A stretch of DNA of 64,000 bases from NCBI GenBank assembly GCA_963805015.1, contig CAWDSL010000024.1, positions 180,408 to 244,407 on the forward strand, in the 5' to 3' direction. The translations under genes were made by a program, and so were the position numbers. This DNA is from an uncultured bacterium. GTDB lineage: Bacteria; Acidobacteriota; Aminicenantia; Aminicenantales; Saccharicenantaceae. The notes under the pieces are model-generated. The model worked only from the letters and a program-made list of their open reading frames with translations, was not told where the DNA came from and searched no databases. This document shows positions 40,525-51,090 of this stretch, in pieces; the stretch's first letter is position 1, and the number at the start of each line of letters is the position of its first letter.

Positions 40525-41880
40525 CGGAGCCTCCCGGAGAGGTCGTAGTCGCCGGCCGCGGTGATCTCCACCGGAACGAGGGCCGAGGCCGGCTCGGTCA
40601 TCCCCGGGGGCAGCGAGAAGCGGATGATCCCATCGACTTCCGGGGCCTGGAAGCGGCCGCGGCCGGTCCAGAGGCCGGGGACCGCGGGATCGGGGCCCTC
40701 GACCAGCGTCTCGACCGTCCGGCCGATGAGGGCCGCGTTCTTCTCTCCCGAGATGCGCGCCTGGATCTCCATGATCTCGCGGCGGCGGTCCTCCTTGACC
40801 GCGGCGGGGACTGGATCGGACAAGGCGAACGAGGCCGTTCCCTTCTCGGGCGAGTAAGCGAAAACGCCGAGATGGTCGAAACGGGCCGTCTCGACGAACC
40901 GGCGCAGGACCGCGAACTCCTTCGGGCCTTCGCCCGGGAAGCCCACGATGAGCGAGGTCCGGACGGCCGCGCCGGGGAGCTTGGTCCGGATGCGGTCGAG
41001 CAGGCGCAGGGCGCGGTCGCCGTCGAGGCCCCGTTTCATGGCCTTGACCAGGGCCCGATCGGCATGCTGGAAGGGGATGTCGAAGTAACGGCAGATCTTG
41101 GGACCGGACATGGCCTCGAGCAGGCGGTCCGAGACCTCCTCGGGGTAGCCGTAGAGGAAGCGCAGCCAGGCGACGCCCGGCGACTCGGGCCAGGCGCTCG
41201 AGGAGCTTGGCCAGTCCGTCCCGGACGCCCCGGTCGCGACCGTACCAGGTCGTGTCGTGGGAGACGAGGTCGATCTCCTTGATCCCGAGGCGGGCCAGGG
41301 CTTCGACCTCGCGGAGGACCGAGGCCGCGCTCCGTGAGATATAGGGACCTTTGATGAGCGGGATGGCGCAGAATCCGCACCGGTGGGAACAGCCCTCGGA
41401 GAGCTTGACGTAGGCCCACGAGCCCGGCGTCGTCACCAGCCGCGGCGAGGCGTCGGAGTAGAGGAACGTCCGGCCGGGGGTCCGGACCGGCAGGCCCTCG
41501 ATGATCTCGGCGATCCGGTCGAAGCTGCGGACGCCCGTCCAGGCGTCGACGCCGGGGAACTCCTTCTCGAGACGGGCCCGGTCCCGCTCCACGTAACAGC
41601 CGGCGGCGACGATCCTCTTGCCGGGATCACCGCGCTTGAGCCGAAGGACCTCGGCGAGGGTCGCCTCGGCCTCGTCGCGGGCCGGGCCGATGAAGCCGCA
41701 GGTGTTGACGACGACGACGTCTGCGTCCCCGGCCCGGCCGGTGAGCGCGTACCCGGCCGCCTTGAGCGCGCCGAGCATGACCTCGCTGTCGACCAGGTTC
41801 TTGGCGCAGCCGAGGCTGACGAGGGCGACGGACCTTCGGGCGCGCCGGCCGCCCCGGGCGCCGCGCGTCGAAAGGGTCAA
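40521..41880 (-). pseudogene. rimO: ribosomal protein S12 methylthiotransferase RimO (radical SAM + TRAM), interrupted by a +1 frameshift near 41176-41180 (G-run)
   Basis: The N-terminal MTTase/radical-SAM part (VSLGCAKNLVDSE...CSHRCGFCAIP) lies in the frame of track ORF 40072..42024. The C-terminal part (WLRFLYGYPEEVSDRLLEAMSGPKICRYFDIPFQHAD...TRAM) lies in the frame of ORF 40521..41111. Removing one G from the GGG run rejoins the frames. Putative TTG start at 41880. Confidence 0.75.
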
Positions 41881-43169
41881 GGATAGATCCTGTACAGGAG
41901 CCGGGGGAAGGGGATGGTCTCGCGGATGTGCTTGATGCCGCAGATCCAGGAGACCATGCGCTCGATGCCCATGCCGAAGCCCGAGTGGGGGACGCTGCCG
42001 TACTTGCGCAGGTCGAGATACCACTCGTAGGCCTCGCGGGGCAGCTGGTGCTCCTCGAGGCGCCGTTCGAGCAGGGCCAGATCATGGATGCGCTGTCCGC
42101 CGCCGATGACCTCGCCGTAGCCCTCGGACGCCAGGAAGTCGACGCCCAGGACGACGTCCGGGTTCTCGGGGGCCGGCTGCATATAGAAGGCCTTGATGGC
42201 GGTGGGGAAGTGGGTCACGGCGACGGGCGACGCGTAGAGCTCGGAGATGATGGTCTCCTCGGGGGCGCCGAAATCGCCGCCCCATTCGATGGCCGACCCC
42301 TTTTCGCGGAGGATCGGGACGGCCTCGGTGTACGTCAGGCGGGGGAAGGGCTTGGCGATCGCTTCGAGCGGCCCCGGATCGCGTTCGAGCGTCTCGAGCT
42401 CGAGACGCCGTTTCGTCAGGACCCGCTCCATGATGAACAGGATGAGGTCCTCGCCGAGACCGATGACGTCCTCGAGACGGGCGAAGGCCACCTCGGGCTC
42501 GACCATCCAGAACTCGATGAGGTGGCGGCGGGTCTTGGACTTCTCGGCCCGGAAGGTCGGGCCGAAGCAGTAGACCTTGCCGAAGGCCATGGCCGTGGCC
42601 TCGTTGTAGAGCTGGCCGCTCTGGCTGAGGTAAGCCTTCTGGTCGAAATACTCGGTCTCGAACAGGGTCGTCGTCCCCTCGCAGGCGCTCGGGGTCAGGA
42701 TGGGCGTGTCCATCAGCCGGAAGCCGCGGCCGTCGAAGAAGTCGCGAATGGCCTTGACGACCTCGGCCCGGACGCGGAGGACGGCGTGCTGTTTCGAGGA
42801 CCGGAGCCAGAGATGGCGATGCTCCATCAGGAACGGGGTGCTGTGCTCCTTGAGGGTGATGGGGTAGTCGGCGGCGATCTGGACGATCTCGATCTCCTCC
42901 ATGGCCAGCTCGAAGCCGCCCGGCGCCCGCTTCTCGGCCCGGACCTTGCCCCGGACGACGAGCGAGGATTCCTGGGTCAGGCGGTCGAACTCCCGGAAGA
43001 GGGGGGTGTCCTTGTCGGCGCTGAAGGCCGTCGCCTGGATGAGGCCCGTCCCGTCGCGGACGAGCAGGAAGCGGACCTTGCCCGACGAGCGCTTATTGTA
43101 GACCCAGCCGCGGATCTCGACGTCCTGGCCTTCGTGGGCGGCGATGTCCTCGATGTAAACCCATTTCAT
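41877..43169 (-). CDS. asnS: asparaginyl-tRNA synthetase (class IIb)
   Basis: The start was reassigned to [23 protein letters not shown]; class II motifs ([22 protein letters not shown]); 430 aa. The promoter TTGCAG-N17-TATAAT ends 9-12 nt before the ATG, so the mRNA is probably leaderless. Confidence 0.88.
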   Translation of the reverse strand: MKWVYIEDIAAHEGQDVEIRGWVYNKRSSGKVRFLLVRDGTGLIQATAFSADKDTPLFREFDRLTQESSLVVRGKVRAEKRAPGGFELAMEEIEIVQIAADYPITLKEHSTPFLMEHRHLWLRSSKQHAVLRVRAEVVKAIRDFFDGRGFRLMDTPILTPSACEGTTTLFETEYFDQKAYLSQSGQLYNEATAMAFGKVYCFGPTFRAEKSKTRRHLIEFWMVEPEVAFARLEDVIGLGEDLILFIMERVLTKRRLELETLERDPGPLEAIAKPFPRLTYTEAVPILREKGSAIEWGGDFGAPEETIISELYASPVAVTHFPTAIKAFYMQPAPENPDVVLGVDFLASEGYGEVIGGGQRIHDLALLERRLEEHQLPREAYEWYLDLRKYGSVPHSGFGMGIERMVSWICGIKHIRETIPFPRLLYRIYP

Positions 43170-43275
43170 AGTGCGCTCATTATAAGCGCAATGCGGCCTT
43201 TCTGCAACGACCCGGCTGAGGCTCGTCCGGATCTCCTGTCGGCTCGGAAGCCGGCCTCTCACTCATGGGAAAAGT

Positions 43276-43420
43276 TTGAAGACGCCTGGCCGTGCGCCGG
43301 GCTCGGCGCCAAAACAACTCGCTCGCCGTGCGCTACGGCTCGCTCAAACACGTTTTGTCGGTTTCCGGGGAAACGTCCCTCGCCCGGCACGCGTCCAAGC
43401 TAAACTTTTCCAAATCGTGA
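43276..43420. repeat. copy B of the repeated structured intergenic element (reverse orientation relative to copy A)
   Basis: The reverse complement aligns with 25181-25300. Hairpin 1 is GTTTCC-cc-GGAAAC and hairpin 2 is GCCGT-AGCGC-ACGGC, with compensatory changes relative to copy A. The conserved flanks CAAAACGTGTTTGAGCGAG and CGAGCGAGTTGTTTTGGCGCC are present. Confidence 0.65.
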
Positions 43421-43514
43421 TCGGCCTGCCTCCTCGCCTCCGGATTCTCGATCCGGACGGCCGCGACCGGACTTCTGCGGGAAGCCATTTGCGCCCGACC
43501 GGGGTAATATCGAT

Positions 43515-43543
43515 TTGTTGTAGCGACCACGGGAGCTTATAAT
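43515..43543 (+). promoter_or_regulatory. sigma-70 promoter TTGTTG-N17-TATAAT immediately upstream of the DUF4416 gene (leaderless configuration)
   Basis: The -10 element ends 9 nt before the ATG at 43553. Confidence 0.55.
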
Positions 43544-43552
43544 GCCTTCACA

Positions 43553-44095
43553 ATGGCCCAACCGAAGGAGTTCGCCCCGGTCAAGCTCGTCTGCGGCGTG
43601 ATCTATAAAGAGGATGCGCTCTACGACGAGGTCCGGAGACGGCTCGAGGCGGAGTGGGGGAGGGTTGACCTCGAGGGGCCGGATCTCCCCTTCGACCTGA
43701 CGGATCACTACGAGGCCGAGATGGGCCCCGGCCTGCGGCGGCGGTTCATGAGCTTCGAGCGGCTGGCGCGTCCCGAGACGCTGGCCGGCGCGAAGCTGTG
43801 GACGATCGGGATCGAAGACGGGATGCGGCGGGAGACGGGCGGCGGGGGGCGGTCCGTCAACATCGATCCGGGCTATCTCACGGCCGCGGCGCTCATCATG
43901 GCCACGGCCAAGGACTTCTCCCACCGCGTCCCCCTCGGCCAGGGGATCTACGCCCACCTCGAGTTCCTGTTCACGAGGACGGGGATCAAGGCGCTCGATT
44001 GGACCTATCCGGACCTTCGGCGCGCGCCGGCGCAAGCCTATTTCCGTTCGGTGAGGGAAGCCTACCTGCGGCAGACCGCCGGACGGCCGGTCTGA
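43553..44095 (+). CDS. hypothetical protein, DUF4416-like
   Basis: 180 aa; KLVCGVIYKED...PFDLTDHYEAEMG resembles DUF4416 family members. The family assignment comes from memory. Confidence 0.5.
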   Translation: MAQPKEFAPVKLVCGVIYKEDALYDEVRRRLEAEWGRVDLEGPDLPFDLTDHYEAEMGPGLRRRFMSFERLARPETLAGAKLWTIGIEDGMRRETGGGGRSVNIDPGYLTAAALIMATAKDFSHRVPLGQGIYAHLEFLFTRTGIKALDWTYPDLRRAPAQAYFRSVREAYLRQTAGRPV

Positions 44096-44104
44096 GTCCC
44101 GGCT

Positions 44105-45259
<1,155 letters not shown>

Positions 45260-45284
45260 GGTCCTATTTTAGCAGAACGCCCGG

Positions 45285-45338
45285 AAAAAAAAGAGGGGCC
45301 GTCCTTGCTGGCCTGACGACCGGCGAGGACGGCCCCTC
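45285..45338 (-). terminator. Rho-independent terminator after serA (12-bp stem GAGGGGCCGTCC/GGACGGCCCCTC followed by U8 on the minus strand)
   Basis: Inverted repeat 45293-45304 / 45327-45338 with the A8 run 45285-45292 on the plus strand (U8 on the minus strand). Confidence 0.7.
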
Positions 45339-45352
45339 TATGAGCTCGGGCC

Positions 45353-46252
45353 TCAGCCCAGCTTTTCCTTGAGGATGCGAACGACCTCCAACCCGGCCCT
45401 CTGCTGGCCCTCGGCGGCCGCGGCGCCGAGGTGGGGGATGGGGATGACGTTGGGATGGTCGACGAGCGTGAAGTCCTCGGGAGGCTCCTTGTCGAAGACG
45501 TCCAGGGCCGCGGCCCGGACCTTGCCGCTCTCGAGGGCCGCGAGCAGGGCCTTCTCCTCGACGACCCCGCCCCGGGCGACGTTGACGACGATGACGCCGG
45601 CCTTCATCTTGACGAATTCGGCGTCGCCCAGGATGGGCTTGGCCTGCTTGGGGACATGGAGGGTGATGAGGTCTGCGGCGGCCAGGAGCTCGTCGAGTGG
45701 GACCTGTCTCACCGCGAGGTCGGTCTTGATCGGAATGATGTCGTAAGCGACGACGGTCATGCCGAAAGCCAGGGCCCGCTTGGCCACTTCGTGCCCGATC
45801 CTGCCGAAGCCGATGATGCCCAGGGTCTTGCCGAAGAGCTCCGTGCCCTCGAGCGCCTTCTTCTCCCATTTGTGGGCCTTCATCGTCAGGATGGCTTTCC
45901 AGTGGTTGCGGACGGCGCCCAGCATGAGCCCGAAGGTGTGCTCGGCCACCGTGATGGAGGTCGCGGCCGGCGTGTTGGCCACGAAGATGCCCTTTTCCTT
46001 GGCCGCCTCGCGGTCGATGTTGTCGAGGCCGATCCCGGCCCGAACGAGGACCTTGAGGTCTCGGCCCGCTTCGATGACGGGCCGGGTGATGCGCGAGGCG
46101 CTGCGGACGACCACGGCGCTCACGCCGGGTACGGCCGCGACGAGATCGGCCTCGCTCATACCCTTGGCGACGGTGATCTCGAATCCCGGAACGGCCCGGA
46201 GCTGCTCCAAGGCCGCTTTGTCCATACCGTCGGCGATGAGGATCTTGGTCAT
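45353..46252 (-). CDS. serA: D-3-phosphoglycerate dehydrogenase (short form) / D-2-hydroxyacid dehydrogenase
   Basis: GIIGFGRIGHEVAKRA NAD motif and a catalytic His/Glu/Arg context; 299 aa; adjacent to serC. Confidence 0.75.
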   Translation of the reverse strand: MTKILIADGMDKAALEQLRAVPGFEITVAKGMSEADLVAAVPGVSAVVVRSASRITRPVIEAGRDLKVLVRAGIGLDNIDREAAKEKGIFVANTPAATSITVAEHTFGLMLGAVRNHWKAILTMKAHKWEKKALEGTELFGKTLGIIGFGRIGHEVAKRALAFGMTVVAYDIIPIKTDLAVRQVPLDELLAAADLITLHVPKQAKPILGDAEFVKMKAGVIVVNVARGGVVEEKALLAALESGKVRAAALDVFDKEPPEDFTLVDHPNVIPIPHLGAAAAEGQQRAGLEVVRILKEKLG

Positions 46253-47397
46253 TGCCAGTTCTCCTTGAGCACGGCCTGCGCGGCCTTGATGCCGGCGCCC
46301 GCCTCGAACTTAAAGCCGAGGTCCATGAGGGTCATTTCGAGGGCCGAGAGGGCCGTGATGATGTCAAAGCCGCCCATGTAACCGAGGTGGGCGATGCGGA
46401 AGATCTTGCCCTTGTAGGGTTCCTGGCCGCCGGCGATGTAGGCCATGTACTTGTTCTGCATGGTCTTTACGAGCTTGCCGCCCTCGATCCCTTCCGGCAC
46501 CTTGCAGCAGGTCAGGACGTTGCCCGGCCGCTTCGGCAGGAGCTCGAGGCCGAGGGCCTTGACCCCGGCCCGGGTCGCGTCGGCCAGGATCCGGTGATGG
46601 TCGAAGAGGCCTTCGAGGCGCATCTTTAAGATGATGTCGAGGGCGTGCTTCTGCTGGACGACGAGGGAGATCCCGGGCGTCCAGGGCGTCGTCTTGTCGG
46701 CCAGGTTCTTCTTGGCCTTCTTGAGGTCGAAGTAGAACTTGGGGAGCTTGGAATTGGCCGCCAAGGCCCAGGCTTTCTGGCTGAGCGCGATGAAGGCCAG
46801 GCCCGGCGGGATCATGAACGACTTTTGGGAGCCCGACAGGAAGACGTCGACCTTCCAGTCGTCCATGGGGCAGGGCGTGACGCCGGCGCCGGAGATGCCG
46901 TCGACGACGAGCACGGCGGGCGTCTTGGCCACGACTTCGCCGAATCCCTGGATGTCGAACATGGCGCCCGAGGAGGTCTCGGAGAGCGTCGCGAACACGG
47001 CCTTGCAGTCGGGCATGGCCTTGAGCTCGGCTTCCAGCTCCTCCTTGGCGTAGTCCTTGCCCCACGGGTCGAGGACGATCTCCTTGTAGGCGACGCCGTA
47101 GGCCTTGCAGATGTTGCCCCAGCGCTCGCCGAACTTGCCGCCGTTGATGGTCAGGACCTTGTCGCCGGGGCTGAGGAGGTTGACCACGGCGGTCTCCATG
47201 GCCCCGGTGCCCGAGGACGTCAGGATATAGGCCTCCTCCTTGGTCCCGAAGACGTACTTGATGCCTTCGGTGACCTCCATGAAGAGGGCCGAGAACTCGG
47301 GGGTCCGGTGATGGAAGATGGGCTCCGCCGCCGCCGACAGGGCCCGCTCGGGCACCGGCGTCGGTCCGGGGGAGAGGAGGTAATACTTTTTGATCAT
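46249..47397 (-). CDS. serC: class V aminotransferase (phosphoserine / serine-pyruvate aminotransferase type)
   Basis: 382 aa; PLP-lysine context SGSQKSF; overlaps the serA start (ATGA). Confidence 0.7.
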   Translation of the reverse strand: MIKKYYLLSPGPTPVPERALSAAAEPIFHHRTPEFSALFMEVTEGIKYVFGTKEEAYILTSSGTGAMETAVVNLLSPGDKVLTINGGKFGERWGNICKAYGVAYKEIVLDPWGKDYAKEELEAELKAMPDCKAVFATLSETSSGAMFDIQGFGEVVAKTPAVLVVDGISGAGVTPCPMDDWKVDVFLSGSQKSFMIPPGLAFIALSQKAWALAANSKLPKFYFDLKKAKKNLADKTTPWTPGISLVVQQKHALDIILKMRLEGLFDHHRILADATRAGVKALGLELLPKRPGNVLTCCKVPEGIEGGKLVKTMQNKYMAYIAGGQEPYKGKIFRIAHLGYMGGFDIITALSALEMTLMDLGFKFEAGAGIKAAQAVLKENWQ

Positions 47398-47442
47398 GCT
47401 GAACTCCTTAATGAGATGCTCGTCACGCGATCGCCGAGGCGA

Positions 47443-48573
47443 TCACAGTTCCTTCAACAGTTCAGTCAACAAGGCCGTGCGTTCGATGAGGGACGGCAGC
47501 AGGAGATGTTCGTGCTCGGCATGGAGGCCGTCCCCGTCGGGACCGAGGCCGTCGAGCGTCGGGACGCCCAGCCCCGAGGCGATGGAGGCGTCCGATCCGC
47601 CCCCTGTCCGGCCGCCCTTGAGGACGAGGCCCATCCGGGCCGCGATCTCCTGGGCCCGGAGGAAGAGCTTCTCGGATGCCTTGGTCTTCTCCATGGGCGG
47701 CGTCGTGCCCTCGACCGTGACCTTGATCCGGGCCCCGCGAAGGGTCGGCACCGCCTCGCGCAGGATCTTCAGCACCCGGTCCCGGTCCGCCGCCTTCCAG
47801 AAGCGGATGTCCAGGGTGGCCCAGGCGCTCTCGGCGACGACGTTGGCCTTCTCGCCTCCGCCGATAAGCCCGACGTTGACCGTCGTCTCGCGCACGCGCA
47901 ACCTCTTGAACCGGGCGATCTGGGCGGCCAGCTCCTCGATCGCGCTGGTCCCTTTTTCGGGGGTGCCTCCGTGGGCCGACCGGCCCTTGACGTCCAAGCG
48001 GACGACCAGGCGTCCCTTGCGTTCGATCTTCAGGGCGCCGCCGGGCAGGGCCGGCTCGAGGCAGAGCACGAGGGAGGCCCGGCGGGCCAGCTTGCGGATG
48101 AGGTCGGCCGCGACGCCCTGGCCGGTCTCTTCGGCCGTGTTGACGAGGATCGTGATGCGCTTGCCGGGCTTGGCGTTGATGGCGTGGAGCGCCCGGAGGG
48201 CGGCCAGGACCATGACCAGTCCGGCCTTCATGTCCAGTGCTCCGGGGCCGTAGATCCGGTGGCCTTGGACGTAGAAGGGCATCTTGACGATCTTGCCGAC
48301 GGGCCAGACGGTGTCGATGTGGGTCAGGACGAGGATCTCGTCGTCGGCGTCCTTGACCCGGCCCGGCGCGAACTCCGCCACGACGAGGTCGCCGAGGTCC
48401 TTCTGCGGGTAGGTCGTGACCTTGCATCCGATCCTCTTCAGCTCCCGGGAGACGTACGCCGCGCAGGCGTCGACCGCCTTCTTGTCCTGGGTCGGCGATT
48501 CGAGAACGACAAGCTGTTTCAGCTGGTGGACGAGCTCGCCCTGTCGGGAGCGGAAATAGAGCCTGAAATCCAT
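47443..48573 (-). CDS. M20 family metallopeptidase (ArgE/DapE/CPG2-like)
   Basis: The start was reassigned to MDFRLYFRSRQGEL with RBS GGAGGG. Motifs HIDTV, GALDMKAG and EET are typical of M20; about 376 aa. Confidence 0.75.
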   Translation of the reverse strand: MDFRLYFRSRQGELVHQLKQLVVLESPTQDKKAVDACAAYVSRELKRIGCKVTTYPQKDLGDLVVAEFAPGRVKDADDEILVLTHIDTVWPVGKIVKMPFYVQGHRIYGPGALDMKAGLVMVLAALRALHAINAKPGKRITILVNTAEETGQGVAADLIRKLARRASLVLCLEPALPGGALKIERKGRLVVRLDVKGRSAHGGTPEKGTSAIEELAAQIARFKRLRVRETTVNVGLIGGGEKANVVAESAWATLDIRFWKAADRDRVLKILREAVPTLRGARIKVTVEGTTPPMEKTKASEKLFLRAQEIAARMGLVLKGGRTGGGSDASIASGLGVPTLDGLGPDGDGLHAEHEHLLLPSLIERTALLTELLKEL

Positions 48574-48704
48574 GAGTCCCTCCACGGAGATCGGAGGAAG
48601 TAATCTACCACAGCGACGGGAGAAAAGCACTCCCCCTCGTCTTGATTTCGACCACTCTTTCGCATAGAGTGTTCGGAGAGGAGGCCGCAGGCCGAAACCA
48701 CCGG

Positions 48705-51083
48705 ATGTCCAGGAAACCGATCCTCCTTGTCGTCCTGCTCGCGCTCCTCGCGGGCGGCCTCACCCCCGAGATCTTCTATCCCTGGAAGGATACGTTCATC
48801 GGGGCGCTCGACGCTCCGGGCTGGCCCGGCCTCGTCATGGCCCCCGCCGCGGAGTGCGCCTACGCCTTCCTCTTGCGCGTCCAGCGGGAAGGGGAGATCG
48901 CCGAGGGCATGGACCTCTACTACCTCGTTTCCGAAGTCGGTCCCCACTCGCCCGACGGGCTCTTTGCCCGGACCCGGTTCGACCTCGGCCTGCCGTTCAA
49001 GATGGGCCGGTCGACGCCCATCCTGATGAAGCCGGCCCCGCGACGCCAGTCCCTGACCATCGAGTGGTCGCGCCGGGACGAGCGGACCGTTATCGGCCGC
49101 ATCGTCGCCCCCGCGGACGTCCGGGTGACCCTCGTCCACTATTTTCCCTGGGACCGCAAAGGCGATTACGCCCTGCTCGCGGACGGTCAGGTCCGCGGCC
49201 GCAGCGGCCCGGCCGGGAGCCCGGTCTACGTGCTCTGGACGAGCGCGCCCGGCGAGACCGGCATCGCGCCTCCGGGCGGCCTGGCCCGGACCTACCTTCC
49301 CGGCGACGACCGGACGATCGCCTTCGTCGCCGGCGTCGGCGAGAATCCCGGCGCCGTGAGCGACCGGATCACGCGTTACAAGAACGCGGAGACCATCGGG
49401 ACCTTCCTCGACGAGGAAGCCGTCGTCTACGAGGAGAAGAGGGTCAAGGCCCGGGGCCTCTATGCGGGCGTCGCCGAGGCGGTGACCGACAGCCTCCACT
49501 GGACGGTCCTCTACAAGGCGGGAAGCCACCGCCTCTACTCGCCCGCGAGCAGGACCTCGATCTACCCCCGCGTCGACGGCCGCCGGGACGACTGGACCAT
49601 CACGGCCGATGGCTCCTTCCTCAACGTTCTGGAACTCGCGCTCGAGAGCCAGAAGCTGGCCGTCGACGCCCTCGCTTCCATCCTCGAAACCCAGTACCCG
49701 AACGGGAACGTCCCGGGCTGGCGGAGCCGCTCGGGCGGGACGGCCGACCGCTCGCAGCCGCCCATCGGATCCTATGTGGTGCTGAAGCTCTTCGAGCGGC
49801 TGGGCGACCTGGAGGTCCTGCGCCAAGCCTACCCCGCCCTCCAGCGCTGGCACGACTACTGGACGGCCCGGCGTCCGGACGGCCTGGCCCGCCGCGACGG
49901 TAACGGCGACGGCCTGCTCGAGTGGGGCTCGGACGCCGCCCTCGTCGGCAAGGATCTCCCGTCCTGGGAGAGGAACGCCTCCGGCCGGATGCGGGCCGGC
50001 CGGGAGTCGGGACAGGACGATCTGCCGAACTGGGAGGACGCGTCCTTCAACGAGGCGACCGGGACGCTCGCGATGAACTGCCTCGACCTCAACTCCCTCT
50101 ATGCCCTGGACGCCTGGTGCCTGGCCGAGATCGCCGGCGTCCTCGGCCGGCCCGTCGACGTCGAGCGCTACCGCGACGAATACGACCGGATGAAGGCCCT
50201 GATCAACGCCCGGCTGTGGAACGACAAGGCTGGCTTCTACTTCGACCGTCACTGGGACGGCCGCTTCTCCGTCCACAAGGCGGCCTCGGCCTTCCTGCCG
50301 CTCCTGGCGCGCATCCCCGACGAGGGCCGGGCCCAGCGGATGCTCCGGCGCCTCCTCGATCCCAAGCAGTTCTGGGGCGACTTCGTCGTCCCGTCGATCT
50401 CCCGCGACGACCCCTCCTTCCGGCCGGAGAGCCAGCGCTCCTGGCGCGGCACGGTCCGGCCCTCCCTGAACTACCTCCTCTACCAGGGTCTGAAGGCCTA
50501 CGGCTTCGACGCGGTAGCCTCGGAGCTCGCGCGCAAGAGCGCCGAGATGTTCATGCGCAGCTGGGAGAGCTTCGGCCTGTCGCCGGAGAGCTTCGATTCG
50601 CTGACCGGCGAAGCGGCCGGCGAGCGGCACCACGCCGCCGGACCCCTGGCCGCCCTGGTCGCCGTCGAGGAGTTCCTCGATTTCACGCCGCTCGAAGGTT
50701 TCCGCTTCGGCATCCTCAAGCCGGAGAGCAAGGGCCGCCTCTCCCGTGTCCTCATCCAAGGGCGGCACTACGAGGTCGAAGCCTCCAACTCGGCGACCGT
50801 CCTGCGCGAGGAGGGCGAGACCGTCATGTCCATCGACGGCGGAGCGATCGTCCGCCGCTTCCTCTACAACGAAACGGAGGTCTCCTTCGAGATCAAGGCC
50901 CTGAAGCGGCGGGATGTCCGGCTGCGCTTCCTGAAGAAGGGCAAGTACCAACTCCTCGTCGACGGCCGGGAGACCGACGTTTTTTCCGGCAACGCGCGCA
51001 AGTTCGCGGTGCCCGAAGGCGACCACACCGTCCTCATCCAGCTCCTCGAGGACCTGGACAAAGAAGGCACGAAAGGAGACTGA
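48705..51083 (+). CDS. secreted (alpha/alpha)6-barrel glycoside hydrolase, GH63 / mannosylglycerate-hydrolase-like
   Basis: 792 aa from MSRKPILLVVLLALLAGG (signal peptide); similarity to GH63/GH37-type glucosidases is inferred from overall pattern only. An alternative start lies at 48642. Confidence 0.5.
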   Translation: MSRKPILLVVLLALLAGGLTPEIFYPWKDTFIGALDAPGWPGLVMAPAAECAYAFLLRVQREGEIAEGMDLYYLVSEVGPHSPDGLFARTRFDLGLPFKMGRSTPILMKPAPRRQSLTIEWSRRDERTVIGRIVAPADVRVTLVHYFPWDRKGDYALLADGQVRGRSGPAGSPVYVLWTSAPGETGIAPPGGLARTYLPGDDRTIAFVAGVGENPGAVSDRITRYKNAETIGTFLDEEAVVYEEKRVKARGLYAGVAEAVTDSLHWTVLYKAGSHRLYSPASRTSIYPRVDGRRDDWTITADGSFLNVLELALESQKLAVDALASILETQYPNGNVPGWRSRSGGTADRSQPPIGSYVVLKLFERLGDLEVLRQAYPALQRWHDYWTARRPDGLARRDGNGDGLLEWGSDAALVGKDLPSWERNASGRMRAGRESGQDDLPNWEDASFNEATGTLAMNCLDLNSLYALDAWCLAEIAGVLGRPVDVERYRDEYDRMKALINARLWNDKAGFYFDRHWDGRFSVHKAASAFLPLLARIPDEGRAQRMLRRLLDPKQFWGDFVVPSISRDDPSFRPESQRSWRGTVRPSLNYLLYQGLKAYGFDAVASELARKSAEMFMRSWESFGLSPESFDSLTGEAAGERHHAAGPLAALVAVEEFLDFTPLEGFRFGILKPESKGRLSRVLIQGRHYEVEASNSATVLREEGETVMSIDGGAIVRRFLYNETEVSFEIKALKRRDVRLRFLKKGKYQLLVDGRETDVFSGNARKFAVPEGDHTVLIQLLEDLDKEGTKGD

Positions 51084-51090
51084 CAACGCC

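Noticed and set aside
40072-42024. 650-aa ORF appearing to fuse RimO, a Pro/Arg-rich linker and PgpA
   Set aside because: This is an artefact of the rimO frameshift. The shifted frame stays open through low-complexity sequence into pgpA. The true genes are rimO (frameshifted) and a separate pgpA with a GTG start.
43170-43300. T-box leader upstream of asnS
   Set aside because: No AGGGUGGNACCGCG T-box sequence and no specifier or antiterminator architecture. The asnS promoter geometry indicates an essentially leaderless transcript.
47398-47442. Small inverted repeats (GATCGCC-gag-GGCGATC; CTGAACT...AGTTCAG) between serC and the M20 gene
   Set aside because: The stems are short and have no adjacent U-tract. 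They could be a weak terminator for the M20 gene, but evidence is insufficient for a feature call.
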